Source: Felis catus
Taxonomy: Eukaryota
Length of the DNA: 64,000 bases
Reading direction: 5' to 3'
Assembly: GCF_018350175.1 (NCBI RefSeq)
Contig: NC_058368.1
Coordinates: 80,106,001 to 80,170,000 of the forward strand
Of the stretch, positions 14,004 through 27,040 are shown in pieces. The translations under genes and the position numbers were made by a program. The notes beneath the pieces are model-generated. The model ran no database searches and was not told the origin of the DNA. It was given only the letters and a program-made list of their open reading frames with translations. Position 1 is the stretch's first letter. Each line of letters begins with the position of its first letter.

Positions 14004-14255
14004 GGGGGCGTCTGGGTGGCTCAGTCGGTTAAACGTCCGACTTCAGCTCAGGTCACAATCTCGTGGTTCGTGAGTTCGAGCCCCACGTCGGGCTCTGTGC
14101 TGACAGCTCAGAGCCTGGAGCCTTTCAGATTCTGTGTCTCCCTCTCTCTCTGAGCCTCCCCTCTTCATGCTCTGTCTCTCTCTGTCTCAAAAATAAATAA
14201 ACGTTAAAAAAAAATTTTTTTTAATTAAAAAATAAATAAATAAATAAATAAAAAA
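14004..14255 (+). mobile_element. Can-SINE (SINEC_Fc type), young
   Basis: Intact A/B boxes; perfect 14-bp TSD taaagagcaagttt (13990-14003, 14256-14269). Confidence 0.97.
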
Positions 14256-14357
14256 TAAAGAGCAAGTTTTCCAAGGCCCTAATCCTGTGGGTGGGAACAT
14301 CTGCATTCAGCAGGGGACCTATGAACCCCACTGAGTTTCTTAAAAGGCAAATTTTGA

Positions 14358-14483
14358 GGGGCTCCTGGGTGGCTCGGTCTTGGTTAAGCTCATGATCTCA
14401 CAGTTCATGGGTTCAAGCCCCACATCGGGCTCTGTGCTGATAGCACAGAACCTGCTAGGATTCTCTCTCTGCTCCTCCCCTGC

Positions 14484-14517
<34 letters not shown>

Positions 14518-14540
14518 AAAATAAATAGATAAACTTTTAA
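14358..14540 (+). mobile_element. Can-SINE, head partly deleted
   Basis: Head/B box, (CT)n, tail; degenerate TSD aaaaggcaaattttga. Confidence 0.9.
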
Positions 14541-14877
14541 AAAGGGCAGATTTTGAAAGAAATCTGAGGTGCTTCTGTTTTGAGGGTTGGGTGAAGCTGA
14601 TAAGTTTCATTATTTAGGTCTTTTGTTTTTCCAACAGCATGGACATCATGTATTAGTATCATTTCTTATTTTATAGAAATCTGTTAGAAGAGACTTCTCT
14701 GCCTTTGCCCAATCCACAGTAATTGTAGTGACTCGTCTCTACAGCTTTAATATTTTTTTATTAAATATTAATCTTTTAAATGTCAGCATGTTAAGTATAC
14801 ATGTATTTGAACGTGTGCTAGCTCGTTGGAGCCTCGCACTACCTTAGAGGTGAGACCGTCACCTACACCTGCCCACA

Positions 14878-14882
<5 letters not shown>

Positions 14883-14909
<27 letters not shown>
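14883..14909. repeat. (GT)n microsatellite
   Basis: Direct reading. Confidence 0.95.
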
Positions 14910-15900
14910 CGTTTAAGAATGGAAGAATTTGTACCAGTATTTCTGGTTTCCTTTCCCTTGTGCCCCCTGCAGCAGAACCGAAGCCCCCTAGCCTTACTCA
15001 CATAAACATCTGAATAACCATGGATTCTTTAGAAAAATTAAGTCTTCCTAAAACATAAAATGCTGTCGTTCCTTAGGGGAAAGAAACGACGGGTAAGCCA
15101 GTTCATCAAGAGTGACGAGCTGTCAACTCCTGTCACACGTCTTACTGGCAAGCGAGTCCTTAGAACAAGTGATCCCCACCCGCCACTGAACACCAGACAG
15201 GGCTCAGGGACAGGTCAGAAAATGAGACTCAGATAACCAACTGCTTCTTAACCCCCCTGGATCTGCATCCAGGAATCCACTCTTTGTCCAACGGTCAGTG
15301 TTCGGGTCCAGCCCGGGTTGGAATTGGCCTCAGCCCTCATCACCTGTGGGATGGGCCCCAGCATGCCCGCTGGGAAAACAGAGACATTAATGGACACCCC
15401 GAAGAGGTAAATGGGGTGAGGTGTATAATACACACAGCCAACGGCCAGCACATCTTTATCATCAGCTTACGGTTATCGTTATCACTCTTATCCTTATGCC
15501 AAGATTTTATAACATCGCTGCTTCCGCTGAGTTGTGGTTCCTCCAGGAACTTGATGCCATGCGTGATGATTTAGTGATTTCAGTGGGCCACAACCACTGT
15601 GTTTTCCACTGCCACATTCTTCATGGCTTCTTTGTGTCCTGCCGCTGGACGACCCCGCTAACAGCTCGGGAAGTAGAAGCCGGTTAGCCGGTCTGAGAGG
15701 GTTGGCACGCAGCAAATCATACATCAGGGAGAGAATCCTTTCTCTGTGTTACTAAGCCTGTCTCCATTTCACGTGTCTTCAAGCAGAGCAGTTATGGTGT
15801 GATTGCCTATGGGAGGGCCTCCGTTCTCAGGAGCAGCTGCACGCACCATAGCATCCTTGCTGGTGAGCCGAATGGAATACATTCTTTCCATAGCACATTT

Positions 15901-16113
15901 TATTATTATTTTTTAATGTTCATTTATTTTTGACAGAGAGACAGAGCACGAGCAGGGGAGGGGCAGAGAGAGGGGGAGACACAGAATCTGAGGCTTGCTC
16001 TAGGCTCCGAGCTGTCAGCACGGAGCCCGATGCGGGGCTCAAACTCACCAGCCATGAGATCATGACTTGAGCCGAAGTCAGACGCTTAACAGACGGAGCC
16101 TCCCAGACGCCCC
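15901..16113 (-). mobile_element. Can-SINE
   Basis: Antisense full-length copy; TSD tccatagcacattt/tccacagcacattt. Confidence 0.96.
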
Positions 16114-16149
16114 TCCACAGCACATTTTAAAAGACTTGAGGGGAAAACA

Positions 16150-16325
16150 TGAGACTTTCATTTCTACCCACGTGATCTGGGCACCCTCCTTAATAGCTCT
16201 GAGCCCTTCTTCTCCATCTATAGAAGTGGAAATTAAAATGGTCACCCCACAGGTTTGACGTGGAGATTAGAAATGACATTTATAAGGCAACTACGTGCCG
16301 TGTGGGGTGGCTAAGTGTTGTGTCA
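16150..16325 (+). mobile_element. MIR relic
   Basis: gtgatctgggcac...ctctgagccc...ccatctatagaagtggaaat core. Confidence 0.6.
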
Positions 16326-16334
16326 TTCTTCCGC

Positions 16335-16580
16335 CTTCTTCATCCAGCCCACAGACATAAACAGAGTGCTTTGTGTGTAGGGTACAGCAATTAAAAAAAA
16401 AAAAAGATATGGGTAAGATTCTTACCCTCAGGAAGATCACAGTCTGGGGCAGAGAGGCAGGAGAGAGCAGAGAGCAAGCACATCTAAATTATCACAAAAG
16501 AATGACCAAGGCCCCCCATGCTGGCCTTCTGGGTCAAGGGCTTTCAGAAAGGTGTCCATTGAAAGTGAGCCAAGGTCAGG
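16335..16580 (-). mobile_element. L2 relic
   Basis: gattcttaccctcaggaagatcacagtctggggcagagaggcag resembles antisense L2 3' end. Confidence 0.55.
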
Positions 16581-19574
16581 TGTTACATGGATAAATGTTT
16601 ATCCAGAAAAGTCACCTAAATAGATCCTCTCAATACTCATATATAACAGGTGCACTGTCGTAAGTGGTATTTTCTAAACATCAGAAGCCCTGCCTCCTTG
16701 ATGGCCAAATCTGTACTGCCCAAGGTCTTGAGAGCCACTCCTTAAATCCATCCGATAAGAAAAACCATGATATGCTCATGGGCTTTGTGCTTTCATTACA
16801 CCTGTCCCTTGGCATCAGGAAAGCCTCTGGAATCTGTGGGGCAACAGTACCCTTTCAGGCAGGCGGACTATTGGCCAAACCCCGCACCTGTCCACCGGCA
16901 ATCCCACACCGGGCACAGAGGGGGCCGCTGGCCATCAGTGGCACTGAGCTGCAGAGGAACTCAGGGCCGGTGGAAGGGCCTGCACCTGTTTCTAAGTATA
17001 GATGCCTTCCGGGACCTCAGTTTTGCTTTTTCAGAACACATCTCAGTCCATGAGACTCAGAGGCAAATAATGAGGCCAAATAAGTAGGCTCGTGGCAGTG
17101 AAGTCATGATCTCCTTTTCTAAGGCCCGGTCCTGAGGCTTCCTCTTTCCCAGGCCCTGGCTTTGAAAGTGGAGCCCCAGTGCAGGTGCTCGGCTCTGCAC
17201 ACAGAGCCAGCACACCGCTCTTTCTGCAGATCCCAGAACTTTGTTCTGGACTCAGCTCAAGGTCGTTCAACGTTTATTAGAGAAGCAGCACTTTATAGTG
17301 TAGAGACTTAGGTGCAATTATAATATGTATGCCTCAGGGATGTTTATAAAGCTCCCGTGTTGATCGCGTGGCCAAAAATAGACTTTTTGGTATCCCTTGA
17401 TGATTACGTTAAGGAAACCTGACAGTACAACCTTTAGAGTAAAAGACCAAAAATGGTCAAGGAGAAAACTTAGAGGCAGGTCCTGTTGAAGCTTGACTTG
17501 AATAGGATTCCTCAGACTGTACCCTGGGAGGCCAAATATAAGCTGTAAGGGAAGATCTATACGCAGCGTGAAACCCCGGAGCAGGACTTAATAACAGACG
17601 GGGCGGCACAGCCTTCCCTGACGAGGCCGGCCAGCCGGGCTCCTGCCCCCACCGGCCGGGAAGCCGCCGCCCCTTGGAGGAGAGATACTGGACTTTTCCT
17701 GGCATCCCGAGTGCCGGGCGCGGCTTGGTGCTCCAGACACTACTTGAAAAGGGAAGGTTTCAACTCCTGGCACCGTGGCCTTGCCTCTGCCCAAAATTCA
17801 GGGTTTATTTTTACTCGTTGAATGAGAAGGAGCTGAGCCCTGTGCTCTGTCATGCTCCGAGCGGCTGCCGCCTTGGAGACCACAGAGCGAGATGAATGCC
17901 GTCGGAAGGAATGTGTTTATAGAAGGGGCAGCTTTTATCCCTCGGAGAGCAATGCGTTTTGACTTTTAACCTGGCATAAAGCTCCCATGTGGTGAGTCAG
18001 CAAAAAACAAAATTGTTCCCCTTTCACATAAACGGGGGTTTGATTGGCTCGCTGGCCATAGCTGTGCCCGTGTGAGGCACAGACTTGCTCTGACATCAGT
18101 CATTGTGCATGATAAACCGGAGTGGTCTCCATGGCTTCCGGGACTCCCCGTGGCTCCCCTGTGGGTCTGTCGTGCCTGCTGCTCCCACCCCTCCCTCATC
18201 CCGGTCCCTCTGCCCTGCCTGCGGCTGCCTTGCCTGCCTCACCTCTGCAGGTGCCTGCTCCGCCCACCTGCCCAAGAGACAAAGGCCCCATAACTAGGAG
18301 CCCTCTGGGGGGGGGGGGTCCCACTGTCCCTCTCTGTCATCTCACCGTGTCCTGGCGCGTGGCCCCCAGGCCCTCCCACCCCGCATATGACATCTCCAGC
18401 TGATGTTGGCTCCAGCAGGACTCCGCCCCCGCACCTGTCCCCACAGGCGAGCATCTTCAGGGAGACCTGGCCCCATCCAAGAGTGAGAGGAGACACCACT
18501 GGCCAGCATACGGGGTGGAATTGAAACCTGGGTGGAGAAGGGGCTAGAGGAGCCGACGCTGTCACCATCACGTCCTAGCGTTCAAGTTAGAACATCCTAT
18601 CACTTTTGTGTCCCGCGAAGCCATGCATCGCTTAGGGGGCACTTACAGTCGTGGAAACGCCACAAGTCTGTAGCCGACATCATGCTGTGGCACTAGCACG
18701 TGTGCACATACACTCACACAGATTTGCACATGGACAGTTTGGACTGAAGCCACCCTTTGTGACCACGCTCTGGTCACACGGTAGCGAGCGACCGCGTCAG
18801 AGCTGGGCATCAGAGCCACACGATGAATGGGTCGTCAGCGTGGTGGGCGTCACCTCTGCAAGAGAGCCCACGCGGGGGCCCTTGGCCACATTCACCTCCA
18901 CCTTTGTCCCCTGTTTGAGGGAAGGTGGTGGAAATAGCCCGGGATACGGACTCCTCTCCTCCGCGTGTCCTCATGCGTACACACATCTCGGGGAGCGTGA
19001 CGTGTGCTTCCCAAGGTTTCAGCCCCAGGAGTCAAGCCCAACCCCAGGAATGGGATGCTGCTTCCTGGTCCTGTGCCTCTCACTCCAGCCCCCAGAGAGG
19101 AGGACCGGCCATATCTGGTCTACACCACCCTCCTTGTTCATTGTAGAAGATGCTTTTTGCCTGAAACATTTCTAAAGCAAAAAAAAAAAAAAAAAAAAAA
19201 AATCCTACTTTCCTACTGACCCAAACCTCTCTCAAAGGTCCATGTTTAATAAATACGTGTAGTCGACAATCCCATGTACTTGGCCAAACCAATTCAGCTT
19301 AGTAAGTGCTTGCTTTGCTTGGCATGGAGTAATTTGGAGAAAAATCTGTCGGCATTACCATGTCACCCATCTGTTCACAAGTGCGTATCGGGCGTGTACT
19401 GTATGCACAGACTGCAAGGTGCAAGGATGACCATATTCTGAAGACGCAACCACCCCACTTGAGATTTGTAGTCTGCTTGACCTCGGGGGAATCCCGGGAA
19501 GACCACTGTGGCAGGTGGGTGGCTCCGCTGTCTCCACGGAATCCCTGGGGTTATGTAATAACCTGGACCAAGAA

Positions 19575-19740
19575 CCCTGACGTCTCGAACGTCAAAGCCA
19601 GAGGGACCCCTGACACCCTCGAGCCTGCACTCAGGTTCTGCGGGTGAGAGCCCAGCAGACAACGCGGTGCCCCCAACCTCGTGCCACAGGTTGAAGACAG
19701 AGCCCGGTCCAGACTCACGTCCACAAGTCAATGCCCCGCT
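19575..19740 (-). mobile_element. MIR/MIR3 relic, GC-rich
   Basis: aaagccagagggacccctgacaccctcgagcc...gacagagcccggtccagactcacgtc follows antisense MIR3 layout. Confidence 0.45.
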
Positions 19741-21866
19741 AAATCGCATTTCAAAGCTTTTGCGTTAGGGTTCCCAGTTTTACGCTTTGTAAGTCCGCGT
19801 ATAAACTCGGCTGCGGTTACTCCACTGGCAGTCGCAAACCATTCTTTAGGGATCGGAGAGCCCATTCTCATGCCCTTAGACTTCCTGATGCTCATTCCGG
19901 ATGACACATTGTCGGGATGCTTTCCCCAGAGGGATCCTATATGTCAGGGATGGGTGCGGGGCCTGAGAAAGCACAGAGCGGCCTGCCATTAGACCTGGGT
20001 GAGTAATCCCCTCGCCGGACGGCTGCGGTGGGCGGGTCTTGTTCCCATGGCATCCTGGGCCTTTGAGGTCACTGCCAAATTCAAGTTACACTCCTTTCTG
20101 ACATGGAAATCTATTTTCCAGATGGATGTCTATCAAGCAGGAGCTACATTATTTGTATCCGATAGTGTCTTTTCAAACTATTCGATTATGTGGGCTGTAA
20201 GTAAATTATGAAGACTTCTTTTTATGATACATCCTCATTCACACACATACAGAAAAAGTACTATTTTTTTAGTAGTGATGTGGAGTTGTTTTTGTTACTT
20301 TTGTTATCATTTCAAAGAGTCTTGTTGGCAACTATGCTTCCAGAATGCCGGCCTGGCTGCACCCATCACACTCACTCATTAAGAAAATAGCTGTAATATC
20401 TCCAGGGCCTAGCAGCGCCCGTCCTGCCAGTGGGAAATAGTGTGACTTCAGGTAGCAAAGCCACTAGAAGCATCCATTTCCAAGTTAGCAAAGCGGGGAC
20501 AGTCAGAAAACCTTGCCAGGTAGAGGTCACCAGACCTGGCCGTTCTGGGGGCTCCTTTCCACAGATGCTTGTGGCTGCTTTGCTGTTATCGGTGCAGGAT
20601 GTTTGATGATGCTAGTGATCCACTGAGTTAAAAGAATTTCCAGGGAACTAATGATGTGTCCCTTGTCACTCAGAATGCTTATGAAGGAGAAATTGGCTCT
20701 ACCTCTCACTGGCTGAGTGGCAGTGAGGAAATCCCCCGCCTCTGTCGGCCCCACGCTTTGGCTCTGCAAGACGGAATCGAGATGTTGTCACAGAGTTAGA
20801 GGTAGATGACGATCTCTGGTACCTGGTAAATGATGGTGACCACATGCCCCTGTCCTAATGTGTGGCCACCGCCATCCCCCTCGTGGCCCGTTTTGCCCTC
20901 CGTGGACTGCATTGGCAGGCCTGGTGTGGTGGTTCTCTCCGGCTCACTGGGTCAGTCTCAGTTTGCTCTTCCTCAATATTTACCCTGAATTTCTCAGTGC
21001 TCCTTACGCCTCCATATGTGGTGAGAATCCTTGTGTGCACTTCTTCCAGAAGCTTCTCTCTTCTGGCAACCACACATTCCACTCCCTCCCAGGGTGAATT
21101 TGGAGGGGGATAGAAACAAGCATCTGAGTCTTTGACAGTAAATGACAGGAGGTGAAGAACCTCAGATCTGGGATTCCAGAACAGGGAAGGGGCTGAAATC
21201 AACACTGAAAGTCAGGATCAAACATTACAAGATTTGAGCAGAAAGAATCAGCAGGAAGAGAAGTCAGCCAGCGCCTTGTGAGGAAAGAGCCCTGTAAGGA
21301 GCCAGTAGAAGAACCCAGAGAATGACTTTCCTAACATGCTCCCAGCTGTGTTCCAGAGGACCCGCTCCCTGGATAAACGCGTCGGGGCTGTTCCCCATGT
21401 CCCAGGTGCAGGGGAAGGTAGGTTCCGGGGGGTGGACCAGAACTGGGCCCTCGAGGACCGAGGGAATGGGGGCTAGGATTCACTGGGAGGGGCCACAGGC
21501 CATGTCCCAGATGCGTGGGGCTCTAGGAGGCCGTGTGCGTGTGTAGGCGCCTCGTCTGCGGAGTGTTCGTGAAGTTTCTGCCCAGACGTGAACTGTGCAG
21601 CGGATGCCCCGCTCCGCGCGGAAGAAAGGCCATGCTGCGCATTCCCGTTTCCCCGTGGGACACCGAGAATCCCTCCCCACAGCCCGTCCCTCCCGCCTTG
21701 TCTAACTGTGGTCAGCAGTAATTACTGCATATTTCCTGTCCTGGGAGCCATCTGCTCTCCTGTGGCGCCCTCCCAACTCCCTCTTTCTCCAACTACAAGT
21801 CAAGTCCTGGAAGACAGACGTGCGGCTTCTGAGACAGCTGAGCGCCAAGAAAGTAAAGCTAAGGGT

Positions 21867-22037
21867 GGGGGCGCCCGGGCGACTCAGTCGGTTGAGCGTC
21901 CGACTCTTGACTTGGCCCAGGTCACGATCCCAGGGTCATGGGATCGAGTTCCGCACTGGGAACTGCTTGGGATTCTCTGTCTCTCCCCCTGCCCCCTCCT
22001 GCTCCCTCTCTGTCTCTAAAAAAGAGAAGAAAAGAAG
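21867..22037 (+). mobile_element. Can-SINE (older, short form)
   Basis: Head, tail; TSD gtaaagctaagg. Confidence 0.9.
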
Positions 22038-22309
22038 GTAAAGCTAAGGAGTGACTGTGTGCATTCACGAGTCCTGGAGTGGCTATGATCAGGGTCACCC
22101 CACCCACACCCCATGTAGAGAACAACGGGAAGAGTCCCAGTCGTGAGGAAGGAAGGAAAGGACACCCGGCCTCAGTGGCCCCCGCCTGGGGACATGTGAC
22201 CTGCACACGACTCTAGGAGCCCTGTAATAGCACAAATTCATGAGAACGGTGAATAAAGCTCATCTTGTGTGATTGTCTTTTTCGTGTCTCTAACAAGCTC
22301 ATTTAAAAA

Positions 22310-22517
22310 CCTGGGGGGTTCAGTCGCTCAGGATTCCAACTTTGGCTCAGGTCACGATCTCGCGGTTTGTGAGTTCAAGCCCTGCATCAGGCTCTATGCT
22401 GACAGCTCGGAGCCTGGAGCCTGGTTCTGATTCTGTGTCCCCTCTCTCTCTGCCGCTCCCCTGCTTACGCATGTGCACGCTCACTCGTTCTCTCTTATAA
22501 ATAAATAAATAATAAAA
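22310..22517 (+). mobile_element. Can-SINE, 5' slightly truncated
   Basis: ctcaggtcacgatctcgcggtttgtgagttcaagccc...aataaataaa. Confidence 0.92.
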
Positions 22518-23159
22518 GACTCTCAAAGGAAAAATAAAATTATCTAACCGCACCTACCACTGGCTTGGTTTCTTAATGCTGGATTACTCTTCCACCCACG
22601 AGTAATTTCCAAAATTAAATGGCAGTACTTGGATGTGGAAATTATGTGAGGATTATAATTTTACGACTGTCATTCAGTGTGACGCAAGCCTTATGTAAAA
22701 ACGAAATGATGTTTCTGTTGAATTGCCCTTCAGTTCTCTGGGTAAGGAGGTTTTTACTGTTGGATTTTAGTCACTCCATTTCAGTTAGACTTTGTGCCGT
22801 AATTCTGGACCATTTCAAGAGAATCGTACTATTAAGAGTTTTTAGAAAAGAGACCTTTAATGCATGACTCAGATATAATGAGAGTCAAAATGCCTTTTCC
22901 CGGAACTTGACTGTGGGACCCGTGGCTGGTGAAGGGCTTCCTGCAGAAGGCAGTGACGGTGGAACCCCACAGGCCCGTCTGCATCCTTAATGGTTCAGGG
23001 AGACGCTGGAAGGATGGGGGGAGAAGTCAAGCTACGACCGCCCGTGCTGTAGCTGATTGACTTGTGTCTTTAGCTTGGGTTTCTTGCACACATCCTCGGG
23101 GATCTCCTAACCCCCGGACGAGGGGGCGCGGGGGTCCTAATTTACCGTCATTATAGAGC

Positions 23160-23370
23160 AACAGCAGACACGTGGACACTGCTTTCTTTGTTCCTGGCAC
23201 TGCTTCACGCTTTGTATGTACTCACTCCTCTGCTACACTAACCCAGGGAGGCAGGTTGCTCACTTCCACCTTCAGATGAGGAAACGGAGGCACAGAGAGG
23301 TCGGCCTGCCCAGGGTCAACATTGCTATCCCAGACTTTCCCGCTCCAGGGCCTGTGCTGCAAACCGCTGC
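23160..23370 (-). mobile_element. MIR relic
   Basis: cagatgaggaaacggaggcacagagaggt core. Confidence 0.85.
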
Positions 23371-23478
23371 CTTCTGCTGCCACTGAGTTCATGAAATACT
23401 AGCTGTGTGCCCACCTTCTCCTCCCACCCCCCTCCAGCAGTATGAGGCACCACAGAAACGGAAGGAATAGGGGTCCTG

Positions 23479-24045
23479 CTCCTCCAAGAAGTAAGCATAT
23501 GTCACCGTAGGGAGCAGCAATTGCACTCCTACCTATGCGCCCGGGAGAACTGAAAACAGGGCCTCGAGCAGCTGTGTGTAAACCACATTCCTAGTGGTGC
23601 TTTTCACAGTCCCCGAAAGCTGGGGACGACCCAGGAACCCGCCAGCACGAATGGGGACGCAGAGTGTGGACATCCACACGCCGGAGCGCTCTTCGGCCCC
23701 GCTGAGGCGTGACGTGTGGACACACGCGGCCCGGATGAACCTTGGAAACAGCAAGCCCTGCGGAAGGGGCCGGCCACAGAGGACACGTGGTGTATGCCCA
23801 CGCTCACACGTGGAATGTCCAGAGCTGGCACATTCTCCAGACAGAAAGCAAACTCCAGGCTACGGGGGCCTGAGAGAGGGAAGACACAGGCGGTGTTGTC
23901 CCACGGGGGCTGTTACGTTTAGGATGTCAATGAGCTGTTGGCTGTACAACATTGTGAGTGTGCTCAATGCCAACAAACGGCACGCTTCAAACGGTTAAAA
24001 GGGTAAGTTTTATGTAACACACAGATCACTATGATAAGAAATAAA
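23479..24045 (+). mobile_element. L1M (L1MB-like) 3' end relic
   Basis: cagcaattgcactcct...ggatgaaccttggaaac...aatgtccaga...acaacattgtgagtgtgctcaatgcc...ggttaaaagggtaagttttatgt. Confidence 0.8.
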
Positions 24046-24047
24046 CG

Positions 24048-24250
24048 GGGGGCACCTGGGGGGCCCAGTCGGTGAAGTGTCTGGCTCTTGATGTCAGCTC
24101 AGGTCATGATCTTGCAGTTCGTGGGACTGAGCCCCGAGTTGGGCCTGCTTGGGATTCTCTCTCTCCCTCTCTCTCTCTCTGTCTCTCTCTCTGCCCCTCC
24201 CCGACACACACGGTCTCTCTCTGAGAAATAAATAAATAAATATTTTTAAA
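24048..24250 (+). mobile_element. Can-SINE inserted in L1 A-rich tail
   Basis: Head directly after L1 aataaa; (CT)n; tail. Confidence 0.9.
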
Positions 24251-25028
24251 ATAAATGCATGAAGCTTAGAAAGCACAAAGAAATATGATTCCCATTTTGA
24301 GGAGCTTACAGTCCATTAAAGACACAGAAAATTAACACATAAGAAGGAAGGGCACAATCACTGGGAGTCTGGGTAACACAGATGGGTGGAACAGAAGTCC
24401 CTTTAAACAGCAAGCATCTATGCTGGAGACTTCTGTGCGCACCAGTGCGGCGGGGGCTTGGCCCTGGATGACCTTGACCAGAGTGCATCCCGCCCGTGGG
24501 GCTGCATCCTGAGCAAAGGGCCAGGAGCAGGAAGGAGACAGGCCGAGTCTGGATAGAGGACTTTCCGTGCAGCGGGAAGGCTCTTTGCAGGGCGGTGGGG
24601 GGCCACCACAGGCCTGCTGTGTGGCCTGACGTGCTGGAAAGGGTGTTTGAAGGAGCCAGGTGTAGTGATGGGAAGGCTGACGACACAGTGAGATGGTCCC
24701 AAAAAGAGTCACACAGCCAGCTGAGCAGGGCCTAGACGAGATGGGGTGTTGGGCAAGGAGGGAGAGGAGCCAAGGAGGTCTGGTGGCTGGTCAGCCAGGG
24801 AAGTAGGGCCAGGAGGTGGAGGAAAGAGAGGAATGTTTGAAGACAGAAGGACTTTGGTCCTAGGAGGAAGGCAGTGGCTCATGCCCCAGGTGTACCCAGG
24901 CGGGTGTGAGCCCTGAGCAAGGAGCAGGCGGCCAGGGGCCTTGCTGGGGGCCAGAGATCAGCCTGTGCGGGAGGAGGGAGGCTTTGTGCAGGGCTCGGCC
25001 TCTCTGAGAATGAAAGGAAGCCACTGAT

Positions 25029-25252
25029 GGGGCGCCTGGGTGGCTCAGTCGGTTGAGCATCCGACTTCAGCTCAGGTCACGATCTTGCCGTCCGTGAGTT
25101 CAGGCCCTGCGTCAGGCTCTGGGCTGATGGCTCAGAGCCTGGAGCCTGCTTCTGATTCTGTGTCTCCCTCTCTCTCTGCCCCTCCCCCGTTCATGCTCTG
25201 TCTCTGTCTGTCTCAAAAATAAATAAATGTTAAAAAAAAATTTTTTTAAAAA
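25029..25252 (+). mobile_element. Can-SINE (SINEC_Fc type), young
   Basis: Perfect 16-bp TSD gaaaggaagccactga (25012-25027, 25253-25268). Confidence 0.97.
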
Positions 25253-25519
25253 GAAAGGAAGCCACTGAGTACTTGTATTTCAGGCCCCCATAACCAGATG
25301 GGCTTTTTTAAGGATGGCCCTGACAGCGGGGATTTGGATGGGCTGCTCAGAGCTTGACAGATAATCGTATGCACGTGCACACGAGAAAACAGAAAAGCCT
25401 TTTACTTCCAGGTCAGACGTCTTTCCCTGATGGTGCCATTGTATCGTGGGCTGTGGATGTTTCCAGATACTCGCCCCAGAGCGACGCCCCACATCCCGGG
25501 CGTGCTGACATACATCCAC

Positions 25520-25711
25520 TTTTTTTTTAATATATTTAATGTTTATTTATTTAACTGAGAGAGAGACCAGAGTGGGGCAGAGTGACTCTGAAGTAGGCTC
25601 TGTGCTGTCAACGCAGAGCCCAACGTGGTACTCAGTCCCACAAACAGTGAGATCATGACCTGAGCCAAAATCAACAGTAGAACACTTAACTGACTGAGCC
25701 ATCCAGGCGTC
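25520..25711 (-). mobile_element. Can-SINE, older
   Basis: Antisense copy; degenerate TSD ctgacatacatccactt/ctgacataaatctgctt. Confidence 0.92.
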
Positions 25712-26859
25712 CTGACATAAATCTGCTTCTTAACACTGTACTCAGTGACTCAAGAACGTCCTTGGGTGCGTGACTCCAGCCAGGGTTCACTCTGCGGTCC
25801 TCTCCTTGCTATCTGACACATCCACTTAGGCATCTTCCAGTACTTTCTAGTCAGTGGGTTAGGGTTTGACTAGCTTGTGTGTGCCTCTGCTAGGGTGAGA
25901 TGCAACCCATCACATGGGACATGGAGACGGCCAGCAGGACTTCTGGCTCATCGGTGCTCGTTACGCAGCCCGGCCAGTGGCCCCGAACCCCTCCATTGCC
26001 ACATCTTCCATACACTTGGCTTTCATTCATAAGTGATTCCAGAACAAGAGACATCTCGTGACGCTCAAATTATCCACAGCTTATTGATGGTAACACAGAG
26101 AGAATGCTCCTTGCTCAAGCAGTTCTGAGCAGACTAGTCCTCCACAGGTTTGGAAGTAACCAGTGGAGACACGTCTCCTCGGGGGAGCAGGACCTCAGGT
26201 CCATGAGTACGATCCGTGACGGGTCATGTGAACGTTCCCCTTCGGAAGCCCCCAGCCGCCCAGTGATTGTCCAAACAACCAGCTTTGCTGTCCATGCTGG
26301 AACGGCCCACTTTTTCTTCTGCCAAGCACTTTCTATGAAGTAATTGCAACTACCGTGTTGTGTGAAAAGAGAGGAGGTTCAAAGAGGGTAATTTCGTCCA
26401 TTGTGGAGAGACACGCTCTGTGTGAAAGGCACAGATGGGAGGTTTGCATGTTGGGTAGAATGGCCAGCAAGGTGCCAATTTCAATAGGTGATCTCTCTTT
26501 TCTGCCTTCTCTTTCCCTCTCCCTCTTCCCCGACCCCACCCCTCTCTCCCTCTCCCCACCCCCATCACCAGCCCTCGCTTTGCAAAGTTACGTGAGAATG
26601 TGACACATTCCTCCCGTAAGGCTCTACTCCTCCTCTTTAGACTTGGCCATTATATCAACTACATATAAAACTCTGTTTATAACTAAAAATCTTCCCCAAC
26701 AAGCTGTCTCACTATGGATGCTTTAGATCCAAGTCTTTAATTCCACTTGAGGGTTGTGGAATAAAATAGATCATAAGCAAGAACCCCAAACAAGTAAAAG
26801 GTCCTAATGAAAATGAGACTAAAATAAATGGAATGTACTTTTTCCCTCTCTTCTATTAT

Positions 26860-27040
26860 TTTAAAAAGGCTTTTCATTTTAGGGCAGTTTTAGATTTACA
26901 CCAAAGTTGTTCAGGAGGTACCGAGACTGCTCCCCAACTCCCCCCACCGTCCTCCCCCAGCTTCCCTATTGCTGACATCCTCCAATAGGACGGTCCATTC
27001 ATGACAATGGATACACCGATCTAGACCCTCCATTATGCTT
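26860..27040 (-). mobile_element. L1MC-like 3' end relic
   Basis: ttttagggcagttttagatttacaccaaagttg...ggtaccgaga matches recalled antisense L1MC terminus. Confidence 0.65.

Noticed and set aside
19179..19202. Other long A/T homopolymers (19179, 2335, 8305, 31840, 41115)
   Set aside because: No flanking direct repeats, unlike 59401; treated as ordinary mononucleotide runs
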